Below are positions 56,440-64,000 of a DNA stretch of 64,000 bases, piece by piece. This DNA comes from an uncultured Bacteroidota bacterium. Its GTDB lineage: Bacteria; Bacteroidota; Bacteroidia; Bacteroidales; WCHB1-69. The notes below the pieces were generated by a model. It ran no database searches. It saw only the letters and a list, made by a program, of their open reading frames with translations, and was not told where the DNA came from. Within the stretch, counting starts at the first letter, position 1, and each line of letters starts with the position of its first letter. The position numbers and the translations under genes are program-made. The stretch spans positions 1,714,165-1,778,164 of the forward strand of contig OW818690.1 in NCBI GenBank assembly GCA_942493315.1. Direction: 5' to 3'.

Positions 56440-58548
56440 ATGACGATACCTGAAATCAGAGAAATTGCGATCAACAGCGCTGAAGCGTATTACAACTATT
56501 TAAATCAAAATGATAAAGGGATCCAGGAATTGGATGTCATTGAACTGGAATATATTCATAAAAGTGACATGATTATTAAAATTAGAATTTCCGGAAAAAT
56601 AGTTGACACGGAGACTCTTTTTTTTAAAAATTTAAGAAATGGAAAAAGATATGATACGACAGCTGTAAAATTACTGGAATACGATACAGATAAAAATTTT
56701 CTTTTGATCAAACCCGGAGAAAAGGCGAAAGATGCATTTCAATCTTTGAGGCATACCGATTTGAAAGTGATTTCCGATTTGAAATTCTTGGTAGTGAGGG
56801 TAAAAACATGGTTTAAAATGAATGGCGGAAAAGTTGAACTCCCATCATTGGCTTCCAAATATGCCGAAACAGTAGATAATATTACTTTTTTTGAGGAAAA
56901 GCACTTACAACCATCTGAAAATCAGAAGCAAGCCATTAAAACTTTGTTTACTCATCCCTTTACGTATGTTTGGGGAGCGCCCGGCACCGGAAAAACACAA
57001 TTTGTGCTTGCCTATGCGATTCTTCACTACATTAAAAATGGAGATAAAGTGGCCATCATTGCGCCAACGAATAATGCGCTGGAACAAGTACTGAGAGGGG
57101 TGCTCAAAATGACAGATAAAGCAGGTGTTGATCGAAGTAAACTGTTACGTTTAGGTTCTCCTTCTAAGAGTTTTGTGGAAATGTATCCTGAAGTTTGTGA
57201 AGAACGAGGGATCAATAAAAATCTAATTGATATTGATAATCAGATAGATATTCTGAAAAGAGTTCAGAATTTTAATGAAACTTGGGATATGTATGATCAG
57301 ATTAAACATCTACCCACACTATTTGATGAACTGGTAGAACTCTCAAAAAATATGAAAAGTGAGAAAAAAGAGCGAAAACAGATTCAGGAAAAAGCACAAC
57401 CGATCATTGATTCCATTAAAAAAAGTTTTGATCCGTTTCAGGAATGGGAAATGTTTGTGAATGAACTCTCCCTCTTCAATTGTAAGATGGTTCAAAAACA
57501 ACTGACAACATCGATTCAAATGGTTGAAAAACAATTGGAAACAGATGAAACTCTATTTAAAGAGTACATGAATACCAGTATGGATGTATTGGAAGCCGAT
57601 ATTGAAGCATTGCAAGAGATCCGGAAACATATTGCCAGTAACTCAACGGAAGAACGGTTACGACTGGTAAATGTAGTAGCCTGTACGATTGATGGTTATA
57701 TTGGTCGTTATACCGATTCCAAATTGATAGTGGATCATCTGTTTTTAGATGAAGCAGGATATGCCAATATTGCCAAAACACTCACTCTCTTCAATCGCTC
57801 TACGCCTATTACCTTTTTTGGGGATCACAAACAACTTCCACCTGTATGTGAAATCAACGATTTTGACATTGAAAAGGAGGAACAATACCATAATGTGTTT
57901 TTATGGGGACAATCTTCAATCTTTTTAGATACACTTTATAGATTTGAGCGAGATGTTTGCAGAGATCAATACTTAAAAAACGCTCCATATTCTCCCTTTT
58001 ATATGGTGCAAGCTTCGTTGGATGCGACATACCGATTTGGTGATAATCTGGCACAAGTGTTAGCCCGCTATGTTTATACTCCCTCTTTTCATTCGTTGAA
58101 TCCAAATGGGGAGACACAAATCTACTTTGTTCATGCAAAAAAAGTGGATGAGTTAAGGTCGAGGTGTTCCATCAATGAAGTTCATGAAATTAAAAAAATT
58201 GTTACGAATCTGAAACAACGCATTCCGAACGATTTTATCATACTAACACCCTATAAAAACCAAGTGAAATTATTGGGTAAAAACATGACACAGGAACGTA
58301 ATGAATACAAAATATTAACGGTTCATGGGTCACAGGGGCGGGAGTGGGATACTGTTATTTTGAGTGTGGTGGATACATTCGACAAGTGGTTTGTAGATAC
58401 GCAAAGGCCAATCAGTAAAGGGTTGCACCTTATAAATACTGCTGTCAGCCGTGCCCGAAAAAATCTGATAATTGTTTGTGATTTGGAGTATTGGAGCACT
58501 CAACGAGGACAATTGATTACGGAGTTATATAATATAAGTAAAAAATAA
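56440..58548 (+). CDS. superfamily 1 Upf1/DNA2-like helicase (AAA_11/AAA_12)
   Basis: QKQAI, GAPGTGKT, APTNNA, LDEAG, GDHKQLPP, TYRF, LTPYKNQ, TVHGSQGRE and NTAVSRAR. Confidence 0.9.
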   Translation: MTIPEIREIAINSAEAYYNYLNQNDKGIQELDVIELEYIHKSDMIIKIRISGKIVDTETLFFKNLRNGKRYDTTAVKLLEYDTDKNFLLIKPGEKAKDAFQSLRHTDLKVISDLKFLVVRVKTWFKMNGGKVELPSLASKYAETVDNITFFEEKHLQPSENQKQAIKTLFTHPFTYVWGAPGTGKTQFVLAYAILHYIKNGDKVAIIAPTNNALEQVLRGVLKMTDKAGVDRSKLLRLGSPSKSFVEMYPEVCEERGINKNLIDIDNQIDILKRVQNFNETWDMYDQIKHLPTLFDELVELSKNMKSEKKERKQIQEKAQPIIDSIKKSFDPFQEWEMFVNELSLFNCKMVQKQLTTSIQMVEKQLETDETLFKEYMNTSMDVLEADIEALQEIRKHIASNSTEERLRLVNVVACTIDGYIGRYTDSKLIVDHLFLDEAGYANIAKTLTLFNRSTPITFFGDHKQLPPVCEINDFDIEKEEQYHNVFLWGQSSIFLDTLYRFERDVCRDQYLKNAPYSPFYMVQASLDATYRFGDNLAQVLARYVYTPSFHSLNPNGETQIYFVHAKKVDELRSRCSINEVHEIKKIVTNLKQRIPNDFIILTPYKNQVKLLGKNMTQERNEYKILTVHGSQGREWDTVILSVVDTFDKWFVDTQRPISKGLHLINTAVSRARKNLIIVCDLEYWSTQRGQLITELYNISKK

Positions 58549-58574
58549 ACACGATTGATAATCTCAAATTAATT

Positions 58575-59165
58575 TCATCTATTTAGTAACCCACATGCTT
58601 GACAATATTTGTCTGTTGGTTTTAATGGAGCTCCACAACCATCACATTTAGAATCATCAGCGATCCATACTTCTTGTTCTTTTGTAAATAATGGTTTCTC
58701 TTTTTCAATAACACAGGCAATTGTTTTTTTTATAAAATGCTGATACCTTAAAATGCAAATTAGTACATTCAAACCATAGTATAACAAAAACATGATACAT
58801 GGGAATAGTATCTTATCAAAAATGGTATCAGAAACATTAAAGGAAACAATGAAAGAAGCAAAAGCCATAAAACAGGCAATAAAAAAAAGGTCGTTAAATC
58901 TGATCTGGTAATTTACAACTATTTTATTTTTTATGGGTTCAATTTCAATATACCCATCTGAAATAGGGCTAAGTAAATTCCAGTTTGAAACAAATCTAAA
59001 AACTTCCACAGTGTATGAAATATAGCTTTCTTCCTGATTTATAGTGGAAGCTTTTAGATTTTCTAGTTTAGATTGAAACGATTTAAATAATCCATTTTTA
59101 ACTATTTGAGGATCGTTAATTGTAGTAAAATATGCAGAATTTTTATATTTTGTAATATTTTTCAT
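58575..59165 (-). CDS. two-TM hypothetical protein with C-terminal zinc ribbon
   Basis: Two hydrophobic helices; CDGC...CQAC. Confidence 0.75.
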   Translation of the reverse strand: MKNITKYKNSAYFTTINDPQIVKNGLFKSFQSKLENLKASTINQEESYISYTVEVFRFVSNWNLLSPISDGYIEIEPIKNKIVVNYQIRFNDLFFIACFMAFASFIVSFNVSDTIFDKILFPCIMFLLYYGLNVLICILRYQHFIKKTIACVIEKEKPLFTKEQEVWIADDSKCDGCGAPLKPTDKYCQACGLLNR

Positions 59166-59167
59166 TG

Positions 59168-59191
59168 TTGGCTTTTCGGTTCGCCTCGTTT
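59168..59191 (-). repeat. 24-bp leader repeat, copy 1
   Basis: ttggcttttcggttcgcctcgttt, identical at 59861-59884; 2 nt upstream of the ATG. Confidence 0.85.
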
Positions 59192-59226
59192 CAATGTTTT
59201 TTAATGTACATTTTTTTTGAACAATA

Positions 59227-59826
59227 TTAAACTTGTTGAGTTTCTATATAGTTGGATTTAACATCATCATAGAATTTAGCGTAAGTAACTTGCATATATG
59301 GAAATAACCAAAAGAACCCAATACCTAGAGTTAAAATACAAAGCAATGCTAATAAGAAAAATCTTAATCCTAAACAGAATAATTTCCATTTGTACCCATC
59401 CATCATTTTTTTACTTTTGTCTATTGCATCATTGGCTCCAATGTTTTCGTCATCAACTAAAATAAAGTAAGTCATTGAATAAGAAAGAGCTGCAATAATG
59501 CCGGGGATTATTAATAGTAAAGTCCATAAAAGTGTAAAAAGTGCCATTAAGAGATATGTGCCTAACGCTGTACCATATCTATTAAAACCTTGGAATATTT
59601 GTTCCAATTTTGCTTCTTGATTTCTGGATATAGCTAGAGAAAAAATTGCCAAACCTAAGGAGAATTGACCCATTATGAATATTGAAAGGAGTCCACCTGC
59701 CATTGGGATCAATTGGATAGCTCCGACAATCATCATAAAAACAACAAAAGTTCCAATAGCTAAACCCCATTTTCCTTTTAAAGATTCTCTAGCCATGCGC
59801 ATTAATTCTACATTTTCTGTACTCAT
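59227..59826 (-). CDS. DUF975-family membrane protein
   Basis: ARESLKGKWG, LWTLLLIIPGIIAALSYSMTYFIL, SKKMMDGYKWKLF and LTLGIGFFWLFPY...FYDD. Confidence 0.9.
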   Translation of the reverse strand: MSTENVELMRMARESLKGKWGLAIGTFVVFMMIVGAIQLIPMAGGLLSIFIMGQFSLGLAIFSLAISRNQEAKLEQIFQGFNRYGTALGTYLLMALFTLLWTLLLIIPGIIAALSYSMTYFILVDDENIGANDAIDKSKKMMDGYKWKLFCLGLRFFLLALLCILTLGIGFFWLFPYMQVTYAKFYDDVKSNYIETQQV

Positions 59827-59860
59827 TTTTTTATTTTTTAAATTTTAAATCCCTACTCTT

Positions 59861-59884
59861 TTGGCTTTTCGGTTCGCCTCGTTT
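59861..59884 (-). repeat. 24-bp leader repeat, copy 2
   Basis: Identical to 59168-59191; upstream of the DUF975 gene. Confidence 0.85.
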
Positions 59885-59914
59885 GAATGGTTTCTGAACT
59901 CCATAAATTTTTTG

Positions 59915-59922
59915 CAAATATA
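59915..59922 (-). promoter_or_regulatory. -7 promoter box for the DUF975 operon
   Basis: TATATTTG on the minus strand. Confidence 0.5.
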
Positions 59923-60022
59923 ATTTTTTTTTTACAAAGAACAATTTTTTTTATTATGGTTTAAAAAAGAATATAATTCATCGTCAAAACCTCGTATCTG
60001 TTATCAAAATGCTTATAGTCTT

Positions 60023-60586
60023 TTAACTTGGTTCATTCTGATTAAAGTGTAAAAACTCTTTGGTACTGATTACTGAAGCATAATAATAGCTTAGAGCAGC
60101 CATAAAACTATAATGGACATCCCTAGCTTTTATTTTTTGATCTCCAATCTGTAAATCCTTAGTGGCGCAAGCATCCTCAATTAAAGTGATTTGGTATCCC
60201 AAATCTTTGGCTGCTCTTACTGTTGCATCGATACACAAGTGGGACATCATACCACAAATCACTAAATCTGTAATCTCGTTAGTTTTTAAATATTGTTGTA
60301 ACTCTGTGTCAATGAAGCTATTAGAAAAATGTTTGATGATCACTTTTTCCTGATTATCTGGTTTTAAGGAGCTATAAATTTCAGCTCCTAAAGTTTGAGG
60401 AAGAAAAAAAGTGGCGGATGGTCTTGTAGCAATATGTTGTATATAAACTATTTCCATTGATTCTTTCCGGAATTTTGATAAGATTAATTGTGCATTTTCT
60501 GCAGCCTGAAGTGCCCCATGAAGAGGCATAGTTCCATTTTCAAAATAATCATTTTGAATGTCAATTAGAAGTAATGCTGTTTTCAT
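60023..60586 (-). CDS. isochorismatase-family cysteine hydrolase
   Basis: ALLLIDIQNDYF, KHFSNSF, GMMSHLCIDATVRAAKDLG and DACAT. Confidence 0.93.
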   Translation of the reverse strand: MKTALLLIDIQNDYFENGTMPLHGALQAAENAQLILSKFRKESMEIVYIQHIATRPSATFFLPQTLGAEIYSSLKPDNQEKVIIKHFSNSFIDTELQQYLKTNEITDLVICGMMSHLCIDATVRAAKDLGYQITLIEDACATKDLQIGDQKIKARDVHYSFMAALSYYYASVISTKEFLHFNQNEPS

Positions 60587-60637
60587 ATTTGTTCTGTTAG
60601 AAAATAAATTGGAATATTTGAAATAGATTTTTAGATT

Positions 60638-63600
60638 TTATTCTTTTAATAATTTTAAATTTAGGATGGTATCACTGTTTTCAATTTGTAAAATGTAAAT
60701 TCCGGAAGCAAGATGTGCAATATCAATCAGGTTTTGTTGTTCAGAGATTTCAATCTCCATAATAATTTGACCATATAGATTTAAAAAACGAACCTTTGCT
60801 TTTTCAGGGATCTCTTTTTCAAAACGGATCTCCACAAATTGATGTGCAGGATTTGGGAATAATAATATACTAGTTTGATATTCCGAATTTTGGATACCAT
60901 CAAACATAAATTCGGCATGAATGGTATGATTCGCAGAAATGTTGGTGAAGGTGTAGGAATATTGTATTTCAACAGGTTCATTATCAACCATTAAACTAAA
61001 AAGAACATGATTTGGATCAGGTGTTATTTGAAAAGTTCTGCTAAATCCTGATTGAACAAAGATCTCCCCATTGGGTGTAATGGTGCCGTAAGGTGTTGAT
61101 GTAGCAACAATGGAATAATAATATATTTCCGGAGTTGTAAATTGCATGATTTGAGTATAGTTACTTTCTCCAAGAGTACATAAAGATTTTACTCTAATGT
61201 TGTAATGGGTGTTGTTTTCCAACTCTTGTAATTGAACTACTGGATTCTCATTTACAATCTGGGTGTTCCATATTGCAGTTCCATTTGGTCGATATTCAAA
61301 TTGCCATCTGTTTTCTGTAGAACCCGGGGACCAAGATATAGTAGCAGAATGATCTGTTAATGAATCCACAGTTAGGTTTGTGGGTGTAATACAATAAATG
61401 ATTCCATCTGATGTGAGGTATAAATTATCAACAGCAGCTGGAGGTTGAGTTCCGGAATTACTATCATTTCTCCAACAGAAAAACAATCTTTTTACCGTCC
61501 CGGAACAGAAACTAACCGGAATATTAAAATCTTCAGAGCCCCAATCAGGTTGCATATTTAACAAATTTCCAATCAATATAGCACCGTCCGGAACACTAAT
61601 GATACCGGAATTAGTAGCAAGTGGAGCAACTAAATCCCCTAAGTAAATATTCATGTAATCACGCTTACTATTGGATGTAGTTTCACCATTACCTTTCCAG
61701 TCAATCGTTAAAATATAATCTGATGTACTGGGCGTAAAATATATATCCCGATAGGCCCATACAACAGATGCACTATTTGTAATATATTGATTATTCAACC
61801 CATTATTCCCTGATACATAAAGAGCTTTAGTACCACTCATTGTATTGTTTGTTGCTGTTCCAACAAACCAACCATTCCCGGAGCTCAAATTTTCAAATTG
61901 AAATCCTGAAGGATTCTCAAAATCAAGTGTATAGGGTGTTATAGCAGGAACTTGAATTGTGGTAAATGTCGTTTTCGAAGACCAGATACTCGTATCACCG
62001 GGAGAACATACGGATCGTATATAAAGATCATACGAGGTAGCAAGGGTAAGGCCATATAAAGTACAAGGATTTGATATGGTTTGAATAGTGGTTCCATTGC
62101 CCTGTGTAAAACCGGTCGGACCATATTCAATCGTCCAATATAGAGGGTTGCTTTCGCTATTCCATTGTAAAAGAACAGAATCACCCCAATTTTGTGCAAT
62201 TCCGATTTGATTAGGTTGAATACAGGAAGGGTTTTTATCCAGCACTACATTATCTAAATAAATTTGACTAGAAATACCTTGATAAATTGTTTTAAATGCA
62301 ATGTATTTTCCTGTGCCTGAATAGTTATTAAAATAGATGACATGATCATACCAATTATTTATTGTAGGATTTCCAACAATTTCAATTAAAGTAAATGATG
62401 AAATATCGGTTGGACTGTTCATTACACCGATTTGTATAGAATCGGTTGTATAGGAGGTTCTTAACTTGAAACTTATATGGAGTGTATCAAGCGAAATGGA
62501 ATTGCTAACAGGCGGAATTATTGCATAATTATATAATGCATTCGTCCAATTATCAAATTTAAGTGACCCGGGAGGAGTGTTGTATATGGATGTAATTTGA
62601 GGAAGATAAGATACAGAACTCAATCTTCTCCAACAGGTTGGAAATGTATTGTTTGTGCCATACGTATCAAATGATTCACTCCAGGGTAATGTATTGATAT
62701 CTGAACATCCGGTAGTAAATGAATATGGAATAGACCAAAAAGTGTCAACAATAGAAGTGCATAAGGTTCTTATATAAAATTGATAGGTAGTTGTTGGAGT
62801 TAATCCGATAATCAGAAATGGATTTGTAGAGATATTGGTTATGATCGTTCCATTTCCGTGACTGAACCCGGTTGGGCCATATTCTATTTCCCACAAAGAG
62901 CCATTTCCATGTGCTTGAAAACCAAGTGTTATGCTGTTTGATGTAATATTGCTTGCTAACAAATGAGTAGGAGCAGGACAAACGGGAATTGTGTCAATAA
63001 TTAAATTATCCAGACAAAGACTAGTGAGTGCACTATTGGTTCTATTTAAAAAAGCTACATATTTTCCGGTTCCGTTATAGGAGTCTAATAAAATTTCAAC
63101 ATCTTGAAATGAATTAATGGAGGGAAGCGTAACTTTATGAATGGTATCAAAACTATTAATATCTGTTTTATCCGTTAAAACACCAATAAAAAGTGTATCA
63201 GTTAAGTTTGAAGTTCTTAATTTAAAATTTAATTTCCATTTATTGATATTTATGTTTCCTCCCAATCGAGGTAGAATAATGCAATTGAAGGCTCCAATAC
63301 TATTGATATAAAATGATAATGAACCGGGAGCACTAAAATTGGGAGAAGATACAATTTGAGGATAGGATCCAAAAATATTGTAAGATAATTTACTAAAACA
63401 GGGAGGAATTATTCCGGAACCGGTACCATAAGTATCAAAAGTTTCACTCCAGGGAACTGAATTTAAAGGAATACACTCTGTCGTAAAAGTATAGGGATCA
63501 GAATATAAACTGATATCATTACCCCCACAATTAGCTTGTGCATAGAATTGATATGTTGTATTAGGTAATAAACTGTTAATAGTGACAAATGTATCTAAAA

Positions 63601-64000
63601 TTGTTGAAATTAGCGTCCCTGTTCCCGGTACAAAATTGGCCAACCCATATTCCACATTCCAGATAGAGGCAGTATTAGCTTCCGTCCAATGGAATACAGC
63701 AGACGTATCTGTTATATTGGAACAAGTCAGCTGGCTGGGGGTGATACAATTGGGAGTCTGCCTTATTTTAAAATTATCAATATAAAAACTGGAAAAATAA
63801 TTCAGATTTTTAGTTTTAATCACTATATAGTTACCGATCCCTGTATATGTATTAAGGTTAACACCAACATTTGCATATTGAGTTGAAGTTAATACAACTG
63901 GGGCAATTAAAGTAAATGTAGCAGTATCTAAAGGATTGCTCATAACTCCAATATAAAGGGTGTCTGTTAAGGAACCTCTTGCTTTAAATTCTACCCTTAA
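60638..64000 (-). CDS. large T9SS-secreted adhesin-like protein with fibronectin type III repeats (5' end outside the window)
   Basis: Frame stays open to 64000. Repeated C..P..L...IT..S...W...W.IEYG FN3 units alternate with PW.E.FDTYGT modules; CTD LFPNPAHQFV...LKLLKE. Confidence 0.9.
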   Translation of the reverse strand, partial: LRVEFKARGSLTDTLYIGVMSNPLDTATFTLIAPVVLTSTQYANVGVNLNTYTGIGNYIVIKTKNLNYFSSFYIDNFKIRQTPNCITPSQLTCSNITDTSAVFHWTEANTASIWNVEYGLANFVPGTGTLISTILDTFVTINSLLPNTTYQFYAQANCGGNDISLYSDPYTFTTECIPLNSVPWSETFDTYGTGSGIIPPCFSKLSYNIFGSYPQIVSSPNFSAPGSLSFYINSIGAFNCIILPRLGGNININKWKLNFKLRTSNLTDTLFIGVLTDKTDINSFDTIHKVTLPSINSFQDVEILLDSYNGTGKYVAFLNRTNSALTSLCLDNLIIDTIPVCPAPTHLLASNITSNSITLGFQAHGNGSLWEIEYGPTGFSHGNGTIITNISTNPFLIIGLTPTTTYQFYIRTLCTSIVDTFWSIPYSFTTGCSDINTLPWSESFDTYGTNNTFPTCWRRLSSVSYLPQITSIYNTPPGSLKFDNWTNALYNYAIIPPVSNSISLDTLHISFKLRTSYTTDSIQIGVMNSPTDISSFTLIEIVGNPTINNWYDHVIYFNNYSGTGKYIAFKTIYQGISSQIYLDNVVLDKNPSCIQPNQIGIAQNWGDSVLLQWNSESNPLYWTIEYGPTGFTQGNGTTIQTISNPCTLYGLTLATSYDLYIRSVCSPGDTSIWSSKTTFTTIQVPAITPYTLDFENPSGFQFENLSSGNGWFVGTATNNTMSGTKALYVSGNNGLNNQYITNSASVVWAYRDIYFTPSTSDYILTIDWKGNGETTSNSKRDYMNIYLGDLVAPLATNSGIISVPDGAILIGNLLNMQPDWGSEDFNIPVSFCSGTVKRLFFCWRNDSNSGTQPPAAVDNLYLTSDGIIYCITPTNLTVDSLTDHSATISWSPGSTENRWQFEYRPNGTAIWNTQIVNENPVVQLQELENNTHYNIRVKSLCTLGESNYTQIMQFTTPEIYYYSIVATSTPYGTITPNGEIFVQSGFSRTFQITPDPNHVLFSLMVDNEPVEIQYSYTFTNISANHTIHAEFMFDGIQNSEYQTSILLFPNPAHQFVEIRFEKEIPEKAKVRFLNLYGQIIMEIEISEQQNLIDIAHLASGIYILQIENSDTILNLKLLKE

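Noticed and set aside
56891-58512. Short overlapping ORFs within the helicase gene
   Set aside because: Alternative-frame or antisense artefacts with no independent support.

Overview
AT-rich chromosomal window from a Bacteroidota bacterium, most likely a Bacteroidales-like anaerobe. Lineage evidence: TAnnTTTG -7 promoter boxes upstream of most operons, plus type IX secretion genes. Core genes: tRNA(CAT), fabG, two TonB-dependent receptors, pssA, a LOG-family protein, murF, the gldJ-porP-like/porU-porV-ispF T9SS locus, dcp, ruvX-def, rnhB, a putative porin, fumC, malic enzyme, mutA, a BtuF-like protein, SulP and two MBOAT + AlgJ/AlgX-like pairs. There are three other T9SS cargo proteins: a small one, a papain-like protease and a large FN3 adhesin cut by the window end. 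Stand-alone kdd (lysine fermentation) and an ArcE-like arginine synthetase suggest a proteolytic amino-acid fermenter. Accessory segments lie at 1-3400 (DUF5678-like/retropepsin-SEC-C/membrane operon and a frameshifted OMP, downstream of the tRNA), 13860-16560 and 54500-64000. The most unusual signal is non-coding. Three divergent GC-rich ~165-180 nt elements (2421-2586, 13976-14153, 14986-15164) share termini and covarying stems and resemble Flavo-1 RNA. They sit among period-7/8 degenerate tandem repeats, next to a REP/BIME-like triplet and a direct-repeat-bounded AAA ATPase gene with an in-frame amber codon. No CRISPR array, rRNA, transposase or integrase was seen. All family assignments come from motif recognition, not database searches.
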